Positions 27,094-40,403 of a DNA stretch of 64,000 nucleotides are shown here, one piece after another (the first letter of the stretch is position 1; each line of letters opens with the position of its first letter). The notes under the pieces are model-generated. The model searched no databases, had not been told where the DNA came from, and saw only the letters and a list, made by a program, of their open reading frames with translations. Made by a program: the position numbers and the translations under genes. Source of the DNA: Bigelowiella natans CCMP2755 (Eukaryota; Protista; Cercozoa); contig ADNK01002325.1 of assembly GCA_000320545.1 (NCBI GenBank), forward strand, positions 1-64,000. Reading direction: 5' to 3'.

Positions 27094-28100
27094 ATACATA
27101 TTACACACACAATGAGAGCTTAGGTATGCGCTTAATAAAATAGTTGTTATCACCTACCGATGACCTATTTGTTCCTCGAAATACCTCGAGGTGACGGGGA
27201 TTTAGATTCACAAATGCCTGATGACGAGAATAATAGAATCTATTAGTTAGATTATGGAAGACAGGGTTTCCTTGATATGAGAGGTACAGACAACCAAACA
27301 ACCTCGTATGCTGTGATTGTGAGATTGTTTCCAACGCACATGGCTAGATGTGCATTTGCTCCAGAGAAAAGGAAAGTATCACCCGGTCCCAGTAATGCTA
27401 CTGTCGTTGCCTGACGAAGAGTCTAATCATCGCAACAACAGGTAGTCAAGGAGAATGCATACATAGCTAGTAGGTAGAAGCATGTTTCACATTTTGCACA
27501 CCGAGCATAAAGCGGATATTAGGATGATAATAATAGTAATGCGGCAATTCTCATTTCGCATGACGATATATACCCTCCCAATAATATGGTTTTCCTGCAC
27601 TATATTGTTATCACGATAATTTCAATTCGACCAAAGAATTGGAAATGATGTCAACCTTGATCTCGGAGTTGGAGAGAGGGGGAATGAACAATCTTTGGTG
27701 GTACTTATCAAGAATATCATAAGCCTCTTTCCTAACACAGAACATGTCAACCTATGAATGATGGCATACTGAAGATGAGGCATCAAGATTTGGGAGATAT
27801 TATTATTATTATTTTAATTACTATTACTAGAATTATGAACCCATGCTTCCAGATAGCAAAAACTTTATAACCCGAGAAATTCTTGCCAATATTCGACCAC
27901 TGCACCTAGTAAGAAGCACCCCCACACAGAACAGAGAAAGAAAGAAGCGGGGAGTGGATTTTGGGTTAAATCGGAATTGATATAAAAGTACAAATAGTCG
28001 ATCATAGCATACCTGGTCAACATGGACACAAGATCCAGTGAAAGCACCCCCAACGAAAACTCCCTGTTGTAAAAAAAAATCATCATGGTTACATGCGTAG

Positions 28101-28135
<35 letters not shown>

Positions 28136-29179
28136 TAGTAGCGGCATCAGCATGTGATAACATTTATCATTCGAAAACATAGTGCAGTTGCAGTGGAAGT
28201 AAGCTTTTCACAAGGAACGACTGCTTCTATTTTTAAGAAATGCAACACAAACCTCATCGATCCTATCGATGTATGGGAGGAATTTGGCCAAGTCCCCCAG
28301 TCTATCTTTCATGTCAAAGGTGAGAACCGTCTTTACCTTCAAACATCAGTGGTAGAGTCAAATCGAAGCTCTAAATTCATCAATATGCTCATGTATATGG
28401 AAAATGTTGTCTAGAAGGTTTCTAACAGCTGATATGCAAAAAAATACATCGCAAGTACTACCTTGTAATCGATTTCGTCGGTTGCATGCTTGTACTTCTT
28501 TTTGTATCTAATGGTGGTAAAAGTGGTGGTTTATCTGATCCCATGCTTTTTTGTTCAAAATGTACACTACGAAGGTGTCAACCTTAATTCGGTTAAATAA
28601 GGCGACGTGATATCTTCACGTAATTTAAGTGCAATCTCTTTTTCTTGAAGGGATCGAAGCCTCTTATCCGTTTTAGGATGTCTGGTCATCTCCCTCTCGT
28701 TCCTTCTCGCTTCTTGCTATTCAATTATAATCAAGAATGATGATCAATTCTCATCTATTTTAAACTTTCAGGGGTAAACCTTTCGAAAATAATAGACACG
28801 CGCGTCAGCCTTTGCTTTGAAGTCTCCATGTAGTTTTCCAAGCCAACTGAGGGCGTTGTTTTCCTCATGGGCTGCTTCTACCATTCCTTTAGGTAGCGCA
28901 TCTGCCATTCCAAGCTGACAGAAAAACTATGTATAATGATTTGAAATAATGGTGTGCAAGTGTCGAAGAAGAGGGAAGTGCCTTTTTGATTCCTTCCTTT
29001 AGCACAACGACGCGATTCATGTGCTCTCCAAACATCATCGCATCAATGAATGCCTCCGCTGTCTCAAGCACCACAGGCTGCTTGCTGGTGTCGCTAAAAA
29101 GTTCTTCAGGCCATCCAGATTGCTTGATTGCTGCAGCTTGTGAAGCATGGACGATAGATTGAGGCCGCAAAGTCGTCAT
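26442..29179 (-). CDS. JmjC/cupin-like Fe(II)/2-oxoglutarate dioxygenase domain protein
   Basis: Exons read GVFVGGAFTGSCVHVDQ|VLWSNIGKNFSGYKVFAIW and ..GPGDTFLFSGANAHLAMCVGNNLTITAYE, giving an HxD...H facial triad and the PGD..F motif. The 3' end is at 26600 or ~26442. Confidence 0.75.
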
Positions 29180-29553
29180 CTGAATGCCTCCTCCGCACCC
29201 GAGCCTACGTTAGTCAACCATTGTGATGTTGGATGGATGGTTTCTTTCGTTAAAATGGTTGTAATCCATATATCTACGAAGTTTCCCGCGTTAAAATACT
29301 CATAATATCTTTGTTTCTATTTCTAAAAATATATATATAACAATTGGTGGTCTGAGTTAGCTCCCCTATATTATCATCTTCTTTAGGTGTTTCCGGTATA
29401 ATTTAATGTCTAAATTGAAAGGAAAATGTCCTGGAAAACACAATTTTGATATGGCGGCCACGTCGAAGTACTGATCACTTCTCAACGACATGATCAGGGT
29501 TGGCTCGTGAGCTCGACGTGAAGGATTGAGAGTAGGCAGGAGGGCGGCACATA

Positions 29554-31009
29554 ATGACTGACACTATTCCCCCATGTGTGCGCGTCTGCTCGAGTGTGTT
29601 TCCAAAATCAAAGGAGGCGAAGCTGGCTTCAGGACTTCCATGGGGCTGCCTCGTTCGTCCATTTGCTCCTATTTCGAGATACCAAAAAACTAGCATTTAT
29701 GCTTCTAATATTGACCGCTGTAAAAACTGCTACGCCTACATCAATCCTTACGTCAAGTAAACCAACCCCAGACTGACTACAATTGCCTCATTCACTGTTG
29801 CAATGACGATTTCTTGATAACAATTGACTATTTGCTGTGGAAGTTTCTCTCGAATATGTGCGTTTGTGTGTGTGTGTGTGTGTTTGAAAGTAGTTGTACC
29901 TGCTGCCTTTTTTCCTCGTCGACGCGAGTCATCATGTTTATCACCAAGCAGCTGGTTTCTTCTTCCTTGACATGAGTCGTCCTGTTCTTCACCAAATAGG
30001 TGGAGCTGGCAGAGCTGGAAGTGTGTCCTATGTCGCAATTGGAATCGATGTGGCTCTCGTTATCGACGGCGGGAACACCTTCCCGAGTTACAGGCGCAGT
30101 TTACAACGATTGAATTTGTGAAGGATGAGGTTCTTTGCGACGATCTACATGAGAACTTCGATTTAGATGAGGGGAAACGGACATCTGCCCCTCTTGCGCA
30201 CCATCGTACAGCAGCACCAGGCCTATCCCCTGATCATCCCATATACTTGTTTGCTGTAGACCTATCAGGAACACGTGATACGATCGAGGTAGAAGATGAA
30301 CAAATAGTAGAAGCAGAGACACAACATATATAGAGGGGGGGAGGGAAAAGGGCTGACGAAGAATCTTCGTCAAGCAAGCTATCTTGCCTATTAATTTTAC
30401 TTGTGCATAAATCCCTGCCATTGTACATGAAGATAACTACACCGCAAACAAACACCGACTCTCCCCTCTCGTGTTTCTTTGGTAATAGGCAGTAAAGACA
30501 GCACTTCTTCAGAGCTTGGACGCACTGCCGTCTCACGTGTGGGTGGGATTAATAACATGCTCATCAGCGAAGATAGGATTCTATGATTTGAGAAGCTCGA
30601 TCCCGCATGTTCTCAATGTTAAGGTTAGAAGTGATGGAAGCTGCTTCCCTTCGATGCAGCATGGGAGGATCAGTATATCATTAGATAGGATCTTAGTCCC
30701 TCTTCACACTGCAAAGGTAGTACCTTGCTCCTTAATACTACTTGACTCTATTTAATCGGGAAGAAGTGAGGAGGAAGAGGAAGTAGTAACTTGTTAGCAA
30801 ATGCTATCAACTGAGAATTTTTATTACTCATAATTTGAAGAGTTTTATTGTAATCATAACCAGGAGAATATACGGTCTGCAATCGACAGTCTCATAGGTT
30901 TGGGTAAAAGGGGGGGGGGGAGGACAAGGATGAAGCCGTACTACTCAATAGATGATGAAAAGGAAGAAGAGACGAAATACAGACAGAATTCCTTGGGAAC
31001 ATGGGTAGT

Positions 31010-31041
<32 letters not shown>

Positions 31042-31844
31042 AATGATGATGATTCACATGATAATAAGCATTATATTTAGGAGTTGATAATCACAATCTC
31101 CTGCAACAACAGTGATATTTTCAATTAACAACAACTTGTTCCTGTCTCAGATGAGCTCTAGGATCGAGCCATTGACTGCCCAGATGCGAAGTGTATTGCG
31201 AAAACTCGGTGACAGTAGAAGCAACGAATATGCTGCTGCTGCTGCTGCTGCTGGAGAATCTGTTCTTCCGGTACATTCTCCTCCCGCCTCCTCCACTACC
31301 TTGAGTACTGGTACAACGCACAATCAACAACGTTCATTTCGAGGAGATAAGATAGGAAACAGCCATCAACGGCATGATCATCATCATCATCGATCTGAAG
31401 ACAAAGAGGGACCGTCTTCTCACCCCCCTTTGAATGCATTTGGGAGCATGCTGAATGTGTTGATAACGATTCTCCGAGGGAAAAACAGGGGGGGGGAGAT
31501 TAACGGCTACGGCTATGAAAGAGACAGCGATGACGACGAGACTATTACTATGGATCCATCATCCACGAATGATGCTGCATCCAACGCTCGCATTGCCCTC
31601 TTCCTCACATCACGTCCTAACTATGGCCATGGAAAGCTATTTCCCGCTACTTCTATGAATAATACAAACGATAAGAAGAAGAAGAACAACAACAACGCTT
31701 CTTCCTTTTATAGAGAAAAAGGTGTGGAGGCAGCCAGGTTAGGTATTTGCATCGATTTGTACGCAGTCGGCGATGGTGAGGTAATTCTATGCAGCAAATA
31801 GCAAATAGTAGAAAATATGCTATTAAAATCCATTTCATCTAAGT

Positions 31845-31879
<35 letters not shown>

Positions 31880-32362
31880 TGTGTGTGTTCGTGTGCGTGC
31901 GTGTGTGCATGATGTCTTTGTACTTGTAAATAAACTAAATCAAAGCCTATGATGATCACTGATATCTCTTCAAAGGATATCGATTTTGGACTTCTGCACA
32001 TAAGTTCCATGACACAGCTAACAAATGGCAATCTGAGACTGTATAACGACGCCTCCTCACCAGCTACCTGTACGCTATCTCACGACCTCTACAAACAGCT
32101 CAAGAGTCCACACGCTTTTCGAGGTAGTCGTCACTGCTGGTGAATACTACTACTGCTGCTGCTACTACTACTACTACAGCGACTAGAACAAGTGACTATA
32201 TCATCGTCTCATAGAGAGAGCCAGCCCTTGTTGTAATTAATAATAATCTTTTACTTACAAACTATTTCATAAAGAGGAGATAGGGTTTCCACAAGGAAGG
32301 TAGCGATTGTGATAATAATGAATAGAAAAATAAATCGTTGTCATCATCATTTTACTGTTGTT

Positions 32363-32395
<33 letters not shown>

Positions 32396-32644
32396 GCTGC
32401 TGCTTTATCTTAGGTTTGCTCAGAATGAGAACTTCATCAGAATTTGCTGTTGGGAGAGCACATGGGGTTCTCTCTCGGGATGACAAGTTTCCTAGTATCC
32501 TTTGCATGCCAGGATGTGATGCGTTCAAGACCTTTGCTTTTGATTTTCAGTAAGAAATATAATAACAAATACTCCATCAATCATGGAATATTGAGTTTCT
32601 ATTCGGACATAATAACTGAATTTGAAGTATTGTCTCAAGATCTG

Positions 32645-32680
<36 letters not shown>

Positions 32681-33265
32681 TAAGTGGGTGTAAGTGGAAC
32701 TAAGTGCTGCCTCTACGTGTATGTAAGTGAGTGCTTGTGCATGATCATTAATTAGCGATGCTGTCTGATGTACAAAGATGTTAATGACGGCGTGTTTGGT
32801 ATTATTATTATTATTGGTTTTCTTGTAGATATACATCCTCATGGGGTTTGGGCACTGCAACCCCAGCATTACAGATGGCATTTGAATACACTACACTCGA
32901 GCCAGTTATTTCTACCAATCACAACGATGATGACGATGACGACGATGAGGAGGTTGACGAGGGTGGTAGTGATGATGACGATTATGGTGACGACGCCGAT
33001 AGTGTCAATGAGAGCAGCGGCCAAAACCAAACGGATAGGAAGAAGGGAAATCGAAATAAAATGACAAAAGGAAAAGGGGGAGGAGGAAGAAGAATACCAA
33101 CAAAGAGAAAAGGACGCTCCAATGGCACCGCAACATACCGCGTCGTCACACGGTATATATCAAAATTATCAGTGATGGCTTGTATATCTTTGTCCCTCGA
33201 CTACTCGTCTCAAAGAAAGAACAGATTGAAGAGGGGCAAGAGGGGGGGAAGAGAAAGAGAGCGAG

Positions 33266-33313
<48 letters not shown>

Positions 33314-33877
33314 ATGAAGAAGCAAACGGAATCATTTTTACTACGGGCAGGTACACTTCCTTCTTCCTCTTCTATGCACACCACCACCCACCCACACTCT
33401 ATGATGTTATCCTCCTATCTCCAACCATTGTTATAATAGGCTACGGGTTGAGACATTCGTTGCGGAAACATCGGAAAAGCGGGAGGACATTTACACTACA
33501 TCAGACCCATACGTTATTATAACACACCTTGTACACCAAGCTTTGGATGAAGCACGCATATTATTGTTGTCTTCATCGGAATCATCATCATCGTCGTCGC
33601 TTAAAGATGTCCAAGATCTACTACGATCATGGCTTGTAGAGCTGCTTGCTTGCTACAATCTCGAATATTATCACCAACGAGGAGGAATGGAAAGAAAGCA
33701 GCAGCGGGGAAGGGGGAGGAGGAAGAGAGGAGGAAGAGAAACAGGAGAAGAGGATGAGGAGGACCAAGAACAGCAGGAGACTGATATATCTTTCTCCAAG
33801 GAAAGACAGATGCAGGTATTAATGAATGTTAGCTCTGAAGCATGATCACGCTCAAAAAGTAAAAAATGACAAGAACG

Positions 33878-33929
<52 letters not shown>

Positions 33930-34995
33930 GTTTGTGAAATATAGGCGATTCCACGACTTGTCTTTGCCCTTATCAAGAGCAGCTTGTTGCGGCCTGACGA
34001 GTTGCCTTCAGATGCACGTGCACATTTACATTCTCTTTACGCGGCAATGGGCCCTGATCATATTGTGCAGGGACTGTATCCAACTCTTAGGTGCTTTCCT
34101 TAACATAAAGAAATGCGCCATTCATTTCATAACTCGCACCTCATCAGATAGAAGGCGGGATGTGGTAGAAGAGGAAAGAGAAATAAGAGCGAAGAAAATA
34201 ATAAAACTAAAAATAATAGAACGTGAATCTCAATGTTTGTTATCATCTCCGTTGCTCTAATACTTTCCTCTTTGATTTGCCTTGATTCCACGGCAAAGCT
34301 CTTGGAAAAGCTTGGAGATAGAAAACGAGAGGGGTCTGTTATTATCCAAGGCTTCGTTATCGGAAGACATGCCAATATACGTGCTAGATGCTGTCTCCGC
34401 AGTACTAGTTCTTTACACAAACAACGCGCTTAATTCTGATCCAAAACTTCCTTACCCACCCCCTCACACCTGCGCACTACGGAAACAGATAAAAGCGGTA
34501 GAAATGTTAGTAGTAGTAGTAACAGTAGGGGCAATTAGACAGGGAAAGGAGTGATACAGAGAGTTTATCTGGTTATGAGCTGTGTGGCGTGATGAAGCAC
34601 TTCTGGTGATGTATAGCTCTATATTTTCTCGTATGAATTATTGCAAACAAAGATCTTGAGAGAGAAGAAAACATACATGCTGTTGCCTTAAATGCACTGG
34701 ATCTTGTTGCAATAAGTCTGAATGAGAATTCCTTCCCTCGCATGTAGCATGGCTGAATTTTATCTGTTCGTTTCACGAAGTGACCTATGCAATGTGATAT
34801 TTTCTATAGTCACGGGCAGAACTAGCTCAGCTGTCCCCCAGGGTATTATTCATTCGAATCGGAACTCCCGAGTTTGTACATTTTGAGTCACATCTAGTCG
34901 AAGAAGCGAATCTTGCAGGCCCAAGCTTCAAGTCTTTCATCGAGAGTGTGGCCAAGGATGTTCGGGTAATTATTCAGGAAGAGATAGCTCGATAA
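29554..34995 (+). CDS. Sec23/Sec24-family (COPII inner coat-like) protein, divergent type
   Basis: SSVFPKSKEAKLASGLPWGCLVRPF; zinc finger RCKNCYAYINPY..WKCVLC; vWA trunk PIYLFAVDLSG..ALPSHVWVGLIT..ARIALFLTSRPNYGHG..FYREKGVEAARLGICIDLYAV; C-terminal FESHLVEE..PSFKSFIESV. Confidence 0.85.
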
Positions 34996-35169
34996 ACGTA
35001 GCGTGAATTGCTTGCTGACACGCTTATGGCAATGGACGACAAAACTTTCCCAGTAATTTTAGTTATTATCCCGATAGCCCGTAAGAGAAAGGGTGGCAAT
35101 AAGAACTAGAGAATAAGTGGCATAGCTTGGTCGGCCGTCACACATCATAGGTTGTTATTATCGGGATGG

Positions 35170-35910
35170 AAATACTAGCAAATGCGATGGCACTGCTAGA
35201 CTGGAGCCAACAACTTGCTAGCTTGATCGATGTGCACGCCCGTTGCTTTCATGTGTAGCCAGCTTGAGCAAGTAGTGCGCCATTGCCAATCTAGCACTAC
35301 TAGCTAGCTAGGCTAGCCTAGTAGCTAGAGCAGACGCACAGCTCCATGGAGCCTACACTGTTCACTCCATGCACATCTAGCACTACGCCCAGCTCCAAAC
35401 TAGCAGAGCTAGAGAGCTAGCTGTCCACATCTTTAGCATCTCTCGCAGGCTCCACATCTAGACTAGCTAGATCTAGCTACTCTAGCTAGAGCTAGTACTA
35501 GATGATGATGTCCTGTGGACCTGTGCATGCTAGCATGCCACAGCTAGCACAGTAGCATAGGCGCTCTCATCACGCCTTTCCTTCTAGTGCTACTAGAATG
35601 ACAACTAGACACGTCTGATGTTGCGGCGCAGCGTACGCATGCGTAGCGATGACACTGCGCTAGACAGTCTAGCTAGCTAGCTAGCTCTAGAGGTCAACAC
35701 ATATCTAGACGTGCATACATGCTAGCATGCACTGCTAGACTGCAAAAGTGATGCACTATAGTATATGGAAGTGCCTAAACGCTGACGGCCACGCAATGCG
35801 ATTCAATGAGTCTCGTAGTAGTGTAGCTAGAGACATGTCTAGATAGATCGAAGGACATCGTCAAACGTTGGATTATTGCCATGGCGACCCGATCGTTGCA
35901 ATACGTGTCA
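35170..35910. other. Palindrome-rich convergent-gap island (I3), very CTAG-dense
   Basis: ctagcactactagctagctaggctagcctagtagctagag; tctagactagctagatctagctactctagctagagctagtactag; ctagctagctagctagctctagag. Confidence 0.85.
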
Positions 35911-36125
35911 TGTTATTCGGTGTGTAAAAAGTACGATGATGTTCCTCTTGTCAAAAACAATTAGATGATTTCATCGAAGCAACATTCATACTTTCGTAGC
36001 CTGGTTGCCCTAAATCCTCCACTTTATGTCCAATTCAAAAAATATTATGATCTATATTTCTCATACATCAACTAATTCCGTGCATAATTCCGAAAGTTTA
36101 GATCTTCGTGAAAGTTTAAATACAA

Positions 36126-36698
36126 TTAGTCGAGGAGATTTGCGAGCCATTTGAAGCCGTCGGGGTATCCAGCCTCCTTCACTACCGAACACATAAAAAT
36201 TTCCAGCGGCCTTATGCCCTCGGATGGTTTCCCTGTTTTTCCAGTCGAGAGTTGAGAAATACCTAGAGCCTCTTTGCATTGTTTCTCCGAGATTGTAGCG
36301 ATATCAATCTTATTGCCTAGGATAAGGAATGGACACTTCGCTGGAAGTTCACTTAGGAGTTTGTGAAGTTCTTTCTTAGACTCATCGAGACGTTTAGTGT
36401 CTGCCACGTCAACCATGTATACAATACCATCAATTGCGGTCATGTATTCTTTCCAGACTTTTCGCGCAGCCTTATGTCCCCCCAAGTCATGAGTAGTGAA
36501 ATTTACGCCACCCATTTGCAACTCCTCCTTCTGTGGATACCTCGTGGGAGCGTGTGAAACAAGTTTTCCGTCTCTCAGTCTGTGAAGGAGAGTGGTCTTT
36601 CCGGCATTGTCCAATCCGAGAAACAAAATGCGACCCGATTTGTTGTAGAGTCCTAGCCAACTCAGCGAGTCCATAGCCCATTTCCAAAGGAATGACAT
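36126..36698 (-). CDS. SAR1: Small COPII GTPase Sar1, intronless CDS (190 aa)
   Basis: N-terminal amphipathic helix MSFLWKWAMDSLSWLGL; GLDNAGKTT (G1), DLGGH (G3), GNKID (G4), FMCSVV..GYPDGFKWL. The true start is the Met at 36698, not the ORF start at 36839. Confidence 0.95.
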   Translation of the reverse strand: MSFLWKWAMDSLSWLGLYNKSGRILFLGLDNAGKTTLLHRLRDGKLVSHAPTRYPQKEELQMGGVNFTTHDLGGHKAARKVWKEYMTAIDGIVYMVDVADTKRLDESKKELHKLLSELPAKCPFLILGNKIDIATISEKQCKEALGISQLSTGKTGKPSEGIRPLEIFMCSVVKEAGYPDGFKWLANLLD

Positions 36699-38051
36699 CT
36701 CTAATAAAATATAAGGATCATCTGCAAGTTGAAAAGTTACACTTCCTTTCCTTTTTTTAACGGAGAAGCTAGAAGAAAGACCCAAAGCAAGATATCTACA
36801 CCTTCTACCACCTTTGAAAATCCAAATACCAACTTTCAAAATCTAAACCTGATTTAAAAGGAACCCCCCCCCTTTATCCAAAAAAAGTCAATCTGTAAAC
36901 ACCTCTAATATTTGTTCAGCGTGAAGTTTGGGCCCTATTTCGTAGGTGCTCGTGGTTGTTTGTAGGTCCTGCCCGTATCCTTTGGGGAGGTCTATAGCTT
37001 ATTATCCTGCTTGTACAGATGAAGCAAGTTCCTTCCTCTTTCTTTCCTTCGTTCTGTTCCTCTTCCTATTCCCTGCTGCAGGCTTCCTTACTTTCCTACT
37101 ACTACGCTCCTCCGTAAGACGTATACTCACGGTAATAAAATTGAATCAATCAAGCTACGCTACAGCTCCGTTTATGCCTTAAAATTAATAACTACACACA
37201 TTTTCTACCCCAAATAGACTACATTCCATGCTTTAGAGCAAATAAGTCGAGTTCCTCCCGAGCTTATCTGAAACACAGCTGACCCCAGCGTTGTATTTTT
37301 TGCCGTTTTCCGCTCTCATTGTTCTTTATAATTTGTCTTAGACAAAAAATTATATATATTTAAGCTTTATTCATCATCGAAAAATTTCGCGGGAAGGCTC
37401 TGGGAAGACTCTAAACGTACAAATACAAGATTTCAGAAAATATACTACTATTTCTGAAAGCGACGTACTATTCTTGCCAGTCCATACAAAGTTTTGAGCT
37501 GGAATGTTCGGATGCCACCGGAACCTACAGATTTGATGTAATCCCGGATAAGTTGACACTTACATATTTTCCTGGAAATTCCCCATGACTTTTGTGGATT
37601 TATATTGCGAAAATGGTTTTTATGAAAGTACAATCGAAACAGTTTTTTACCCATTGGTCTATCAAGCCGCGACGAATTGATCCGGGAACTTAACCAAAAT
37701 ACCCTAGATTTTCTAGTCTAAAATCCATGTTGGCATTGACGTAGATCTACATGTGCAGTTTTTTGCGATCCGATCTGGGAATCCCACTCTACCTGTACAT
37801 GTATCTACATGTATTTCGGCTGATGCAATATCGAAGCAATTATTGCTTATTGACAAAGCAAAAAAAGCTGGCTTGCAGGGCAGATTGTAAGAGCAGATTG
37901 AAAATATTACCTATGTCGTAGAAATTAAATCAACATAGAATTCCAATGTTTTGTTTGGAAAACTCGGCAAATTTAAGTCTAAAACACTCTCTCAAACTTT
38001 AACAATTGCCCACCCCAGAATTTGCTAAATAAATAAGATAAATAACTACAA

Positions 38052-38501
38052 ATGTCGAGCAACCAAGATTCTACGCCCTCCCCTTCTCCTGCTACCGAAA
38101 GTGAAAAGGAGAAAGCCCCGAAAGAAAATGCTAGGGGAAGGGGACGACCACCAACCTCTAGAACGCCGAATCCGAAAAGAACACCCGGTAGGCGGAGACC
38201 GATGCTGAAAGTTGAACCAAGCTCCAGATCCAAGACTCCGACATCGGAGGCAAAGGAGATCCTTAGTCCTAATGGGAAGCCTTACACACCTAAAGAGAAG
38301 CTCGCTGCATCGACAATCCAGAAGTTTTTCCGTACGAACAGGAGACGGAGTGTAGTGAAGAAGCTGTTGAGTCCAAATAGTGTAAAATTGAAGACAAAAT
38401 TGCGTAGAGGTGAGAGTGCACCCACTCGGCCCAGCCGGGATCATCCGATTTCAACCAAATCTATGACTTTTCTGGGAAGTGTCCTAGAAGGAAAGGAATA
38501 A
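38052..38501 (+). CDS. Small basic intronless protein with an AT-hook and an IQ motif (149 aa)
   Basis: RGRGRPP (AT-hook core GRP), AASTIQKFFRTNRRR (IQ calmodulin-binding consensus), many S/T-P sites, and an A-rich start context (ctacaaATG). Confidence 0.65.
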   Translation: MSSNQDSTPSPSPATESEKEKAPKENARGRGRPPTSRTPNPKRTPGRRRPMLKVEPSSRSKTPTSEAKEILSPNGKPYTPKEKLAASTIQKFFRTNRRRSVVKKLLSPNSVKLKTKLRRGESAPTRPSRDHPISTKSMTFLGSVLEGKE

Positions 38502-39219
38502 GCTGCCGAACTCTTTCTACGTTACATTTCAGTTTTGTGCACGGAGTGTTGAACATTGCGCATAGAATATAATATCGCTAATTATTGAGTAGAATGATCA
38601 TTCCGTACGATATACACCTTCTATTTCCTATTTTAAGTTTCCGTTTTGAAATACTATTTTCATGCCTACCATGCTGTAATACTTTTGGTTGATCAAAAAG
38701 CAAGTCCTAGATCCCTACAAAAAAGCGGCGATTAGTAATAAATAAAATGCATACATGAAAACACACACACCAGATAATTGAACTATATAAATGTGATATA
38801 AATGTTATATGTAGACGTACTTCATAAGAAATACATATTTTAAAAATCCTCCCCACGTTGACTTCTATCTCAGTTTTCCAGTTGTATTTTGAGAAATGCA
38901 ATATCTTCTAACGATGTGTTGTGTAGCAAATCTACGCAACGCGATTCACCATCGCATGGAAACTGCCAGTGAGAGTTGTCCGAATCCACTTGTTGGTTAC
39001 AACTTAATTGTCTGCATTGATAGCACGGCACCTTAAATTAAAATATGTTTGTTTGACGCTCGTCTTTTTGCATCGCAAACAAAAAATCTTTTGCTCATCA
39101 TTGTTGTTGCATTGGTCTTGAGAAACTTTTTAATACAGAAAATAAATGCTTAATAATTATTATTTTGTGCTGCTACACCACTAGCCTTTTCTAAACTTAT
39201 CTCATTGTTACATACGATA

Positions 39220-40040
39220 ACCACGAAGCCACATGTGCATCGTAGCTGATGGCATTCATCGTGTGGAAATGTGGTACGCATGCTATTGGCGCAGGCTGAT
39301 GCATCATCGCACACACTGCAAACGGGTTGCTGCCGGTCTAGCGGTGGGTCTCATGCACGGCGGTGCCTTGCGTATATCTAGGTATTCTAGCATTCTATCT
39401 AGCTAGTCTAGTAGCTAGTATTGCTAATGCGAACGTTGCATCGCCTGGCTAGCTGCTGGTATGCAGTCGCGTAGCCAGCTAGCTTGCTAGCTTGTGCTAT
39501 GTCTAGATGTGCGCCTGCGCAGCCACAACGTCATGCGCATGTTGTTCATCAAATTCGCACAGCGGGACTAGGCAAGTGAATGCATGCTAGCATGCTGCTG
39601 CTATACGACTCCCATGCTGGCATGCTCTAGTGCTAGCTAGCTAGCATGCTAGCTAGCATGCTTTAGCTAGATGCATGCAACGGCCAACGCGCTCTGTGAT
39701 GAGCACGCGATAATCGCAGCGTGTGCGCATCGCTAGCTACATGTCGCATCGCATCTATCTGCATAGCTGCACATGGACTTGTTTTTGTGTGCGCGCTGCG
39801 CATGCCAGCATGGCAATGCATGTATCTAGCTTGCACCAGAGCACATGTGGTCGACCCCACAGCGTCTGGCTCAAACAGTTCTAGAGTCACTTTTTGTTTG
39901 GAGGCGGTGGCGTGTCGTGCAATGACGATTTGACACGTACGCCATGCTAGCATGGTACGCTCGTCTTCTAGGGTTTTGCACAGAGGTACGCACATGCACA
40001 TCTAGACATGTGCAACTTAGGCGCTGTAGCCGCAACTTTA
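39220..40040. other. Palindrome-rich convergent-gap island (I4)
   Basis: tctagctagtctagtagctagta; tgctagctagctagcatgctagctagcatgctttagctagatgcatgc. Confidence 0.85.
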
Positions 40041-40266
40041 CACAGCTCTAGAGCGACATCATTAGGATACGATGACTATTTAACGTATTTAAATATAAAT
40101 CACTGATTAATTCTGTCTCCATATCTAGACAAACACGTATGCGCATAAATGCACACATGACTAGATAACATCCAAACGCTGCAGCAGCGGCTTTGCTTAG
40201 CTACATTAGAGTGACCATTGAAAGAATGTAATTTAATTTGTTGACACATTACATCCATCTCATGTG

Positions 40267-40365
<99 letters not shown>

Positions 40366-40403
40366 CAGTCTTGCGTGAATTTCCCTGAAGTTTCATACGC
40401 GAG

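Noticed and set aside
35170-35910. Islands as MITE/transposon copies or long hairpins
   Set aside because: No terminal inverted repeats, target-site duplications, long stems or island-to-island alignment were seen by eye. The similarity is only at the 4-8-mer level. A self-BLAST is needed to exclude this fully.
36699-36839. 47-aa N-terminal extension of Sar1 in the ORF track
   Set aside because: It starts at a non-ATG codon. Sar1 needs its amphipathic helix at the N-terminus, and the Met at 36698 follows a likely 5'UTR acceptor (ttattag|agATG).
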